From Candidatus Omnitrophota bacterium (lineage in GTDB: Bacteria > Omnitrophota > Gorgyraeia > 2-01-FULL-45-10): 32,000 bases of DNA. Below, one piece after another: positions 14,219 through 22,082 of this stretch (positions within the stretch are counted from its first letter, which is position 1; each line of letters starts with the position of its first letter). Below the pieces are notes generated by a model that saw only the letters and a program-made list of their open reading frames with translations, did no database searches and was not told the DNA's origin. Position numbers and translations under genes: made by a program. The stretch is from contig JAMWCX010000001.1 in assembly GCA_023818895.1 (NCBI GenBank), forward strand, positions 90,001-122,000. The letters are read 5' to 3'.

Positions 14219-14306
14219 TAATTTACTAAAAAAACAAAAGGTACTTACACCTTTACACCAGTGTCTATAAACCGGTACGGGTTTTGCCAAAAAGAAAGGT
14301 AGGCAA

Positions 14307-15566
14307 GTGAAAAGGACATTAGCGCTTATACTCGGAGGTGGCCAAGGAAAAAGACTTTTTCCGCTTACGATGTACCGGTCTAAACCCGCGGTTCCGATAG
14401 GAGGAAAATACCGGCTTATAGATATACCGATCTCTAACTGCCTGCATTCTGGGCTTAAAGACATATACGTTCTTACCCAATTCAACTCTGAATCTCTTAA
14501 TAATCATATAAATAATACCTACCGATTCGATTATTTCTCGAGGGCTTTTGTCCGTATACTTGCTGCGGAACAGACATTGGATAACACTAACTGGTTTCAG
14601 GGGACGGCCGATGCGGTGAGAAAGAACATGATACACTTGGATCTCAAGGGAGACGAGGAGATATTGATACTTTCTGGCGACCATTTGTATAATATGGACT
14701 ACCGTGAAATGGTATCATTCCATCGCAGGCATGAGGCGGATTTTACCGTTTCCGTTATCCCGATAAAGGTTCAAGAGGCCGCTGAGTTCGGAGTTCTTAG
14801 GATCAATGAAAGCTCAAGAATAACAGGTTTTAAGGAGAAACCCGCCACGCCTTCCGAGCTCAAAGGATTTACGATATCGGTAGACGATCTGGGAGTCGGC
14901 AGGCATCTCGGTAAAAACTGCTGCCTGGCGTCTATGGGGGTGTATCTTTTTAACGTCAAGGTGTTAATGAAGGCCCTTGAGGTGACAGGCGACGCAGATT
15001 TTGGCAAGGAAGTCATTCCCCACTCTATAAAGAAGTTCAAGGGGCTCGGTTTCCTTTATCACGGATACTGGAGAGATGTGGGAACGATAAGGTCTTATTA
15101 CGATGTGAGTATGGATATAGCAAAGCACAAGCCGTATCTTTCATTTTTTCACGAAGGCTCTGTTTTTACAAGGCCGCGCTTTTTGCCGTCTCCCAGAATA
15201 GCCAAGTGCAGGATTGAGGATTCGATAATCGCCGAAGGCTCAGTGATCGAAGACGCCTATATCAAAGAGTCGATAATTGGGCTTAGGTCTATAATAGGAC
15301 GTCGGTGTACGATTACCAGAAGTGTTATTATGGGGGCCGATTACTATGAAGATTTAGTTGCCCTTAAGGAAGATATGAGGGTTGGTATAGGTGACGATAC
15401 TATTATTGAGAGGGCGATAATAGACAAAAATGCCAGGATAGGAAGGAACGTTGTGATAAAGAATCTGAAGAGACTGAAAAACTTCGATGGCACCAATTAC
15501 TACATAAGGGACGGCATCGTCATCATACCTAAGAACGCGGGAATAAAGAGCGGGACGAGGATATAG
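14307..15566 (+). CDS. glgC: Glucose-1-phosphate adenylyltransferase (ADP-glucose pyrophosphorylase)
   Basis: ALILGGGQGKRLFPLTMYRSKPAVPIGGKYRLIDIPISNCLHSG...FQGTADAV...LSGDHLY, plus a C-terminal left-handed beta-helix region. GTG start with an AAGGTAGG SD. Confidence 0.85.
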   Translation: MKRTLALILGGGQGKRLFPLTMYRSKPAVPIGGKYRLIDIPISNCLHSGLKDIYVLTQFNSESLNNHINNTYRFDYFSRAFVRILAAEQTLDNTNWFQGTADAVRKNMIHLDLKGDEEILILSGDHLYNMDYREMVSFHRRHEADFTVSVIPIKVQEAAEFGVLRINESSRITGFKEKPATPSELKGFTISVDDLGVGRHLGKNCCLASMGVYLFNVKVLMKALEVTGDADFGKEVIPHSIKKFKGLGFLYHGYWRDVGTIRSYYDVSMDIAKHKPYLSFFHEGSVFTRPRFLPSPRIAKCRIEDSIIAEGSVIEDAYIKESIIGLRSIIGRRCTITRSVIMGADYYEDLVALKEDMRVGIGDDTIIERAIIDKNARIGRNVVIKNLKRLKNFDGTNYYIRDGIVIIPKNAGIKSGTRI

Positions 15567-16464
15567 CGCTTCCCTGGTGGCTTCCCCTTCTTGAAAATTC
15601 TTCCTCTATCTTCTTTATTGTGCCCATCTTGTCTAATGCCCAGAGAGGCGCTATGTGGTCAGACCTCTTCCCCTCTCCGGTTAAACGTTGGATGATTGTG
15701 GTTTCCGGTAGGTTTTCCAGAAAGTCGCAAACCAGTTTAACGTATTCGTCCTGCTCAAGTATCCTTACTCTGCCTTCTCTGTAAAGACTCTCAAGTCTGC
15801 TACCCTTTAATATGTGCAACAGATGTATCTTTACACCTTCTACTTTAAACTCTGATAACGTTCGCGCTGTTTGAATCATCTCCTCTCTTGTTTCCTGGGG
15901 CAACCCCAGAATAACGTGGGCGCAGACGGGAATGCCATGCTCCCTGGTCATGCATAGAGCCTTTACGAAATCGTCTAATCGGTGGCATCTGTTTATTGCC
16001 TCAAGGGTGGCATCGTGTGCCGATTGTAACCCGTATTCGATCCAAAGATCGTAGCGCTCCTTGTAGGATAAAATCAGTTTTAGTTTTTCCTGGTCGATCG
16101 TATCAGGCCTTGTGCCTATTGTTATGCCAACTATCTCTTTGAACGGCAGTACGTTATCGTATATTTCCTTAAGTTTCTCGATAGGCGCGTAAGTATTGGT
16201 AAAGGCCTGGAAATATGCGATGAACTTTTTGATCCCTTTTGCCTTCTTGAGGTATTCAATCCGGGTGGTGAGCTGCTCTTTTATGGTTTGCGTGGGATCC
16301 GTATAAGAAGATCGCGAACCATTTGCATTGCAGAATGCGCAGCCGCCGTAACCCATTGTGCCATCTCGGGTTGGGCATGTGAAACCGGCATCCAGACCTA
16401 TGCGGTAGACCTTGCATCCGAATTTGGCTTTCAGGTAAGAGCCGTAGTCATTATAATATTTCAT
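15529..16464 (-). CDS. TIGR01212-family radical SAM protein (YhcC-like)
   Basis: MKYYNDYGSYLKAKFGCKVYRIGLDAGFTCPTRDG...GGCAFCN. The start is moved to the ATG at 16464, the family-typical N-terminus. The 3' end overlaps glgC by 38 nt in convergent orientation. Confidence 0.8.
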   Translation of the reverse strand: MKYYNDYGSYLKAKFGCKVYRIGLDAGFTCPTRDGTMGYGGCAFCNANGSRSSYTDPTQTIKEQLTTRIEYLKKAKGIKKFIAYFQAFTNTYAPIEKLKEIYDNVLPFKEIVGITIGTRPDTIDQEKLKLILSYKERYDLWIEYGLQSAHDATLEAINRCHRLDDFVKALCMTREHGIPVCAHVILGLPQETREEMIQTARTLSEFKVEGVKIHLLHILKGSRLESLYREGRVRILEQDEYVKLVCDFLENLPETTIIQRLTGEGKRSDHIAPLWALDKMGTIKKIEEEFSRRGSHQGSAISSSRSLFPRS

Positions 16465-16539
16465 ATTCGTTAAAATCCCAAATTCCAATATACAGCTACC
16501 AGCCAAATCAAAAAATATAAATTCGGATTTAGAGGTTTG

Positions 16540-18354
16540 TTAGAGTTTATGGCTCCCGGCTTCAGATTTTTTCCTTATCCCATCAAGATATACCATGAGT
16601 ATCGATATCGCTGCGGGAGTAACGCCTGATATCCTTGCCGCCTGCCCAAGACTGACAGGTCTTATCGCAGCGAGTTTTTCCTTGATCTCGGAAGAAAGGC
16701 CGTGTATTTTGTTATAGTCTATATTTTCGGGTATCTTTATCTTCTCTGTCTTTTCGAGTCGCGCGATCTCGTTGAGCTGTCTTTTGATAAAACCCTCGTA
16801 TTTTATTTCTATCTCAACCTGCCGCGTTTCGATATCAGACAAGTTTTGAGTTTTTTTGCCGGATACGGCATCAAGATAAGATATTCTCGGCTTTCTGAGG
16901 ACCTTTTCAAGGCCGCTTTCTTTAAGTCGCTGTATCTCGGCTTCTATCCTGTCTTTTTTAGCAAGCATAGCCCTGTAGTCCTCGTCTTTAATCAATCCTA
17001 TTTCATATCCTATCGGCATTAGCCGTTTATCTGCGTTGTCCTCCCTTAGCAGAAGTCGGTATTCCACGCGTGATGTAAACATGCGGTAAGGCTCGTTTGT
17101 GCCTTTGGTGACGAGGTCGTCTATAAGAACCCCGATATAAGCCTGTGAGCGAGCAAGGACAATAGGTTTCTTCCCTTTCGATTTTAACGCCGCATTTATC
17201 CCTGCCATGAGTCCGAGGCTTGCGGCCTCTTCGTAACCGGTGGTGCCGTTTATCTGGCCAGCCAAATATAATCCATCAATTCTCTTGGTCTCGAGTGTTG
17301 GATAAAGCTCTCTCGGATCCACATAGTCGTATTCTATGCCATAGCCGGGCCGCACTATCTTGGCATGCTCAAGCCCTCTTATTGAGTTGACGATTCTTTC
17401 CTGTATGTCTACGGGCAGGCTTGTGGATATGCCGTTTGGATAATACCGTGTTGTGTTAAGGCCCTCGGGTTCAAGAAATATATGATGCCTGTCGCGTTCC
17501 GGAAAGCGGTGAATCTTATCCTCGATGGATGGGCAGTAGCGGACGCCGGTGCCTTTTATGATTCCCGTGAATAAAGGAGAGCGGTTTAGAGCTGATCGTA
17601 TGATATCGTGGGTCCGGGGGTTTGTATAGGTTATGTAGCAAGGAAGTTGTTCCCTCCCAATTTTTTTTGTATGGAAAGAAAAAGGCATTATATCGGTGTC
17701 GCCGTGCTGGACCGCCAGGGCGGCGAAATCTATTGTCCTGCCGTCTAACCTTGGGCATGTGCCTGTCTTAAGACGGCCCACAGCGAAGCCAAGATTCTTT
17801 AGAACGTTTGATAGAGCCGTTGAGTTATTCTCCCCTATTCGGCCACCCGGCCAGTGTTCAAGGCCGATATGTATTAAACCGTTAAGGAAGGTACCAGCCG
17901 TTATTACTACGCAGGAGGCATAAAAGGTTTCACCAACGTTTATTTTTACGCCCTCCACCACACCCTTTTTTATTAATATATCTTCCACAAGCCCTTCTTT
18001 TATATCGAGGTTTTCCTGGCCTTCTATTATGGATCTCATGTAAGAACGGTATGCCTCGATATCTACCTGGGCTCTGGTCGATCTTACAGCCGGTCCTTTT
18101 CTGGTGTTTAATAGCCTGAACTGTATTGCGGTAGCGTCAGCCGCCCGCCCTATCTGTCCGCCTAAGGCGTCTATTTCTCTTACAAGTTGCCCCTTAGCAA
18201 GCCCGCCTATGGCAGGATTGCATGACATAAGGCCGATCGTATCCAGCCTCATAGTTACAAGAAGTGTCCTGCACCCCATACGGCTTGACGCCAGGCTTGC
18301 CTCGCACCCCGCATGACCTCCCCCTACAACTATCACGTCATACTTATCTTTCAT
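16540..18354 (-). CDS. mnmG: tRNA uridine-5-carboxymethylaminomethyl modification enzyme MnmG (GidA)
   Basis: [19 protein letters not shown]... with conservation typical of MnmG across the full length. The start is set at 18354, because the track start at 18462 would run through the promoter sequences. Confidence 0.9.
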   Translation of the reverse strand: MKDKYDVIVVGGGHAGCEASLASSRMGCRTLLVTMRLDTIGLMSCNPAIGGLAKGQLVREIDALGGQIGRAADATAIQFRLLNTRKGPAVRSTRAQVDIEAYRSYMRSIIEGQENLDIKEGLVEDILIKKGVVEGVKINVGETFYASCVVITAGTFLNGLIHIGLEHWPGGRIGENNSTALSNVLKNLGFAVGRLKTGTCPRLDGRTIDFAALAVQHGDTDIMPFSFHTKKIGREQLPCYITYTNPRTHDIIRSALNRSPLFTGIIKGTGVRYCPSIEDKIHRFPERDRHHIFLEPEGLNTTRYYPNGISTSLPVDIQERIVNSIRGLEHAKIVRPGYGIEYDYVDPRELYPTLETKRIDGLYLAGQINGTTGYEEAASLGLMAGINAALKSKGKKPIVLARSQAYIGVLIDDLVTKGTNEPYRMFTSRVEYRLLLREDNADKRLMPIGYEIGLIKDEDYRAMLAKKDRIEAEIQRLKESGLEKVLRKPRISYLDAVSGKKTQNLSDIETRQVEIEIKYEGFIKRQLNEIARLEKTEKIKIPENIDYNKIHGLSSEIKEKLAAIRPVSLGQAARISGVTPAAISILMVYLDGIRKKSEAGSHKL

Positions 18355-18364
18355 ATAGTTAATA

Positions 18365-18392
18365 ATTATACCATATATGTTAAAAATGACAA
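18365..18392 (-). promoter_or_regulatory. Extended -10 sigma70 promoter of mnmG; near-leaderless
   Basis: The minus strand reads TTGTCA (18392-18387), a 16-nt spacer ending in TGG, TATAAT (18370-18365), then 10 nt to the ATG at 18354. No SD. Confidence 0.55.
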
Positions 18393-18410
18393 AAATCCAC
18401 CTTTTAACTC

Positions 18411-18438
18411 TTGATTTTTTTAAAAAATATAGTATACT
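18411..18438 (+). promoter_or_regulatory. Divergent + strand sigma70 promoter with no annotated gene downstream
   Basis: TTGATT (18411-18416), 16-nt spacer, TATACT (18433-18438). Confidence 0.45.
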
Positions 18439-18443
18439 AATAA

Positions 18444-18596
18444 ATGGATGACAACGGCTCAATGACCCGTTCTCGGGCCGATGGTACTATGTACCGCTAA
18501 GCGCTGTTGCCATCCTTTTTTTATATTGTAACACCGATAGATACCGCAACGTCGCAATATCTGATTCATTTGCGTGGTTGCGGTATTCCGTTTTTT
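18444..18596 (+). ncRNA. Candidate structured small RNA / leaderless 18-codon micro-ORF with two hairpin + T-run elements (family unknown)
   Basis: Helix GGATGACAACGGC (18446-18458) / GCTGTTGCCATCC (18503-18515) encloses two small hairpins (CCCG-UUCU-CGGG and GGUAC-UAU-GUACC) and is followed by T7 (18516-18522). A second hairpin, 18541-18557 / 18570-18586 (15 of 17 bp), is followed by TCCGTTTTTT. The ATG at 18444 opens [18 protein letters not shown]. Confidence 0.3.
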
Positions 18597-18614
18597 GAGG
18601 AGTGAGCTGCCCAG

Positions 18615-18992
18615 CTACGCTTTTCTTAGCGGCGCAAGCGAAAGCATTATTTGGATAGCTTTTAGCATCTCGTTGAGGTCTATAGGCTTGGTGATATAAT
18701 AGTCAGCCTGAAGATCGTACCCTTTAAGGATACTTGCGGGCTCAGTTAATGCGGTTAGTATTATTACCGGTACCCATTTTCGAGAGTCTCTTAGTTCCTT
18801 GAGAAATTGAAAACCGTCTTTGACGGGCATCTTTATGTCGCAAATGACGATATTGGGGGCCTCAGAATCGAATTTTTTAAGTCCTTCCTCACCGTTGGCG
18901 GCGGATATGACATTGTATCCACGCGGCGAAAGAAAATCTGTCAACATATCGCTTATCTCTTTTTCGTCATCTATTACAAGAATCTTCTCCAT
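18615..18992 (-). CDS. Stand-alone response-regulator receiver (CheY-like) protein
   Basis: 125 aa. The acidic pocket DD (VIDDE), the phospho-acceptor Asp in VICDIKMP, ILTA and the conserved Lys in ITKP are all present. There is no output domain. Confidence 0.85.
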   Translation of the reverse strand: MEKILVIDDEKEISDMLTDFLSPRGYNVISAANGEEGLKKFDSEAPNIVICDIKMPVKDGFQFLKELRDSRKWVPVIILTALTEPASILKGYDLQADYYITKPIDLNEMLKAIQIMLSLAPLRKA

Positions 18993-19003
18993 GCAACTCC
19001 TCG

Positions 19004-19654
19004 CTATTTTGTCTTTCTGTAAAAGTCATTTATGGCGGCTACGACTTCCTGCGGCGAATCCACTACCTTGAATATCAAAAGATCTGACTTGTCTATCATC
19101 TTATGCGAAAGCAGTGTTTTCTTGAGCCATTCCAAGAGGCCTGCCCAAAATTCGCTTCCGAAAAGTATCACCGGCAACGGATCTATTCTTTTGGTTTGTA
19201 CAAGCGTTATAACTTCAAAGAATTCATCGAGCGTCCCATAGCCGCCGGGAAAGGCCACAAGAGCCATCGAGTATTTGGCAAACATAACCTTTCTGCAAAA
19301 GAAGTATTTGAACTCAATAAGTTTTGTGACGAACTTGTTCGGTTTTTGTATGGTCGGTATCATTATGTTAAGGCCTATCGATTCGCCGCCCCCCTTTTTA
19401 GCGCCCTTGTTTGCGGCCTCCATTATGCCGGCCCCGGCGCCTGTTATTATAGAGTATCCGTTTCTGGCCAACCTGTATGCTGTTTCCTCGGCGGCTTTGT
19501 AAGATTTGTCGGACGGTCTTGATCTTGCCGAACCAAATATAGAGACGGCCTCTTTGACGCTGGAGAGTTCCTCGAATCCATCGACGAACTCGCTCATGAT
19601 ACGGAATATCCGCCACGGGTCTTCTTTAGTAAAGTCACCTTTAAGTCTGGTCAT
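19004..19654 (-). CDS. LOG / TIGR00730 family protein (nucleoside 5'-monophosphate N-glycosidase; cytokinin riboside 5'-monophosphate phosphoribohydrolase-like)
   Basis: SIFGSAR...ITGAGAGIMEAANKGA...and the PGGYGTLDE motif. Confidence 0.8.
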   Translation of the reverse strand: MTRLKGDFTKEDPWRIFRIMSEFVDGFEELSSVKEAVSIFGSARSRPSDKSYKAAEETAYRLARNGYSIITGAGAGIMEAANKGAKKGGGESIGLNIMIPTIQKPNKFVTKLIEFKYFFCRKVMFAKYSMALVAFPGGYGTLDEFFEVITLVQTKRIDPLPVILFGSEFWAGLLEWLKKTLLSHKMIDKSDLLIFKVVDSPQEVVAAINDFYRKTK

Positions 19655-19657
19655 TTA

Positions 19658-20083
19658 TCAATCCTTTAGTGTAACCAATAACTCTTTTTTAAACCCCCTG
19701 ATCATCCTGTAGATAACAAAGTAACCAAGTCTTCCTATCGGGTTGGTGAACTGGTCAAATAATATGTGCTGCGTTAGACCTATGGCAGCCGCTTTCCAGT
19801 AATCGGAAAGAGACAGAGCGAATATCGCCAGCCAAAGGATCAGGACGAGTTCGTATGAATGCAAAATGACATATAGCTTTTTTATGCGTATTTCCTCGCA
19901 AGCGTTGTATATATATTTTATGCGTATCGTGAAAGGATGGCTGGTGTAATAATCGATGAAATGGTCGGCGTCTACAAGGACGCCTGCCGCCAAGGAGATG
20001 GCGGCACAGCCGATGGATTTGAAGTAAATCCCGACCGCAATGCTTATGATGCCCGATGCGGCGATATGTGCTAGAGGTTTCAA
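19658..20083 (-). CDS. DUF457 / YdjM-like membrane-bound metal-dependent hydrolase
   Basis: KPLAHIAASG at the N-terminus and LVDADHFIDY are typical of DUF457, with 4-5 TM segments. I prefer the TTG start at 20083 (AGGAAA SD 8 nt upstream, just after the upstream stop). The track start at 20179 would overlap the ParA gene by 82 nt. Confidence 0.6.
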   Translation of the reverse strand: MKPLAHIAASGIISIAVGIYFKSIGCAAISLAAGVLVDADHFIDYYTSHPFTIRIKYIYNACEEIRIKKLYVILHSYELVLILWLAIFALSLSDYWKAAAIGLTQHILFDQFTNPIGRLGYFVIYRMIRGFKKELLVTLKD

Positions 20084-20097
20084 GAGGGTATTTTCCT

Positions 20098-21231
20098 TTA
20101 TCCCTGGAGGTTTATTATGGAATCGAAAGTGCCGAACGAATTTTGCTCTCTTTCGGCGTTCTGAGAGTCGAGAACCCATTCGCCGTCAACAACGAATTTA
20201 TATTTATACCTACCGGGCGCAAGAGTAAACCTTTTTTCCCATTTTCCGTTTTCGAGCCTCGAAAGGCGGCTTTCATCGTTTATCTTCCAGTGGTTAAACT
20301 CGCCTACCACAAATATATTCTTTGCGTTAGGCGCATCTATATTGAAGGAGACCTCTCTTAAAATAGGGCTTGCCGGATCCATTGTCGAGCGAGGAGCATT
20401 GAGTGTTTGGGATACGGATTCTGTGCTTGATTGGGCTTGGCTTAAGGCCTGTTCGAACTCCAGCGCACCGTCCGCCCTCAATAATTCCCGCGCGAGGGCC
20501 AGATAGTCTTCGGCGCCTATCGAATCTTTATTGAAGCTGACAACACAGACGCCTTTTGCCGCTGCCTTCTTAAGATCTACGTTAAGTCTGATTATCGTGG
20601 AGAGCATCTGATTTCTGAAGAAAGTGCTTATTTCATCATACATTGCCTGGGAGTATTTTGTCCTTTTATCGAACAACGTGGCAAGCGCGTTGACCTGAGG
20701 GGCGTGGTTTATTTTTATTTTGATTAGCTCAAGCATCCCCAGAAGCTTCCCAACGCCCATAAGCGAAAACGCGCTCATGTCTATGGGGACTAATATTTGA
20801 TCGGCGGCTCTAAGGGCATTGAACGTCAGGAAGCCGAGGCTGGGAGGACAGTCGATAACTATATACTGGTAAGCCAGCTGGCTTGAGGCGAGCACCTGGT
20901 GGAGTTTCGATACGGCGTCCTCTTTGTCCTTGAGTTCCTGCTCGAGCGTGCTCAGCAGTATGTTTGAAGCAACGATGTCAAGATTATCGGATACCTTGAC
21001 TATGCATTCGTTTATCGTTCTGGTCTTTTCAGGATTCTCAGTAAGGATATTGTAGGTGGAACGGTCCATGCTCTGGTTGGTTACTCCGAGGCCGAAGCTT
21101 GCATGGGCTTGGGGATCGAGGTCTATTATTAGAGTCTTTTTGCCTAAGCTGGCGAGAGCCCCTGCCAGGTTTATGGTTGTGGTGGTCTTGCCGCAACCAC
21201 CCTTTTGATTAGCTACAGCTATTTTTTTCAT
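20098..21231 (-). CDS. Soj/ParA-type deviant Walker-A ATPase fused to a C-terminal AMPK-beta / CBM48-like glycogen-binding domain
   Basis: From the ATG at 21231 (GGAGGGG SD): KIAVANQKGGCGKTTTTINLAGALASLGKKTLIIDLDPQ, then DCPPSLGFLTFNALRAADQILVP. The last 84 aa, VSFNIDAPNAKNIFVVGEFNHWK...GRYKYKFVVDGEWVLD...GTFDSIINL, match the AMPK-beta GBD pattern. Confidence 0.8.
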   Translation of the reverse strand: MKKIAVANQKGGCGKTTTTINLAGALASLGKKTLIIDLDPQAHASFGLGVTNQSMDRSTYNILTENPEKTRTINECIVKVSDNLDIVASNILLSTLEQELKDKEDAVSKLHQVLASSQLAYQYIVIDCPPSLGFLTFNALRAADQILVPIDMSAFSLMGVGKLLGMLELIKIKINHAPQVNALATLFDKRTKYSQAMYDEISTFFRNQMLSTIIRLNVDLKKAAAKGVCVVSFNKDSIGAEDYLALARELLRADGALEFEQALSQAQSSTESVSQTLNAPRSTMDPASPILREVSFNIDAPNAKNIFVVGEFNHWKINDESRLSRLENGKWEKRFTLAPGRYKYKFVVDGEWVLDSQNAEREQNSFGTFDSIINLQG

Positions 21232-21278
21232 GACCCCTCCTTTTCTCCAGTTAAAAATATATACCATCAAACACTATT

Positions 21279-22082
21279 TTACAAATTTTTTTTGGCGAAT
21301 TCGACGCCGTTTCTGAATATATAAAATCCGTCGCCGGGGCCGTCTTTCATTTTTCTGGTCCAGCACGGATGCTGGTAGGGGCTTATATGCCTTTCGGGAT
21401 GAGGCATAAGGCCGAATATGCGGCCTGAAGGATCGCAGATGCCGGCTATATTCTCGACTGAGCCATTGGGGCAATAAGGATATCCCGCTCGCTTTCCTGC
21501 GACATCGACATATTCAAACACTATAAGCCCCTCGTCTTTTAGTTCCCTGAGTATATTTTCATCACGTGGGATGAACTTACCCTCGCCGTGAGCCACAGGA
21601 AGCTCTATCAAGCCATCAATGCCTTTAGCCCATACGCATTTTGATTTTTGATTTTTGGATTCCGGTTTTTTAAGATATACCCACCTATCCTCGAATTTGT
21701 CCGAGTCATTCAACGTAAGCGTGGCTTCGATGTTTTGGAAATTTCCGGATAGATTTGGCAGGAGCCCTGATTTGACAAGTATCTGAAAGCCGTTGCATAT
21801 GCCAATGATTAGCTTGCCATCATTTATGAACTTCTGCAAGTCCGACTCGACTTTGAATTTTAATTCGTTTGCTAGAATCTTCCCGCTTGCTATGTCGTCG
21901 CCGTAAGTGAAACCGCCCGGAATGGCCAGGATTTGATAGTCGTGGATGCTCCGCCTTTTTTTCGTTATCTCGTTTACGTGCACTAGCTCTGCGCGTCCTC
22001 CGGCACGCTCGAAGGCAAAAGCGGTCTCTTTGTCGCAGTTTGTGCCAGCGGTTCTTAATATCAGAACTTTGGGTTTAGGCAT
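21279..22082 (-). CDS. purQ: Phosphoribosylformylglycinamidine synthase, glutaminase subunit PurQ
   Basis: LRTAGTNCDKETAFAFERAG, the nucleophile Cys in GICNGFQ, and the HGEG and PHPE motifs. The start overlaps the purL stop by 1 nt (TAATG). Confidence 0.85.
   Translation of the reverse strand: MPKPKVLILRTAGTNCDKETAFAFERAGGRAELVHVNEITKKRRSIHDYQILAIPGGFTYGDDIASGKILANELKFKVESDLQKFINDGKLIIGICNGFQILVKSGLLPNLSGNFQNIEATLTLNDSDKFEDRWVYLKKPESKNQKSKCVWAKGIDGLIELPVAHGEGKFIPRDENILRELKDEGLIVFEYVDVAGKRAGYPYCPNGSVENIAGICDPSGRIFGLMPHPERHISPYQHPCWTRKMKDGPGDGFYIFRNGVEFAKKNL

Noticed and set aside
18355-18462. N-terminal extensions offered by the ORF track for mnmG (36 aa). Similar extensions are offered for guaA (26528-26566), the ParA fusion (21232-21270), the radical-SAM gene (16465-16506), DUF457 (20084-20179), the nuclease (5065-5088) and the 55-aa protein (9079-9129).
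   Set aside because: In each case an internal start reproduces the family-typical N-terminus. That start also has an SD or an abutting promoter, and it removes overlap with the upstream gene, promoter or terminator.
19103-19522. 139-aa + strand ORF and neighbouring + strand ORFs across 18807-19712
   Set aside because: They are antisense to the receiver and LOG genes, both of which have complete catalytic or phospho-acceptor motifs.
19004-19654. Idea that the LOG protein marks an anti-phage or cytokinin-signalling system, given that the receiver domain sits next to a cytokinin-activating enzyme family
   Set aside because: Nothing in the sequence supports it: there are no effector, sensor or conflict-system domains nearby, and single-domain LOG/TIGR00730 proteins are widespread housekeeping-type enzymes. 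I keep it only as context within the four-gene module finding.
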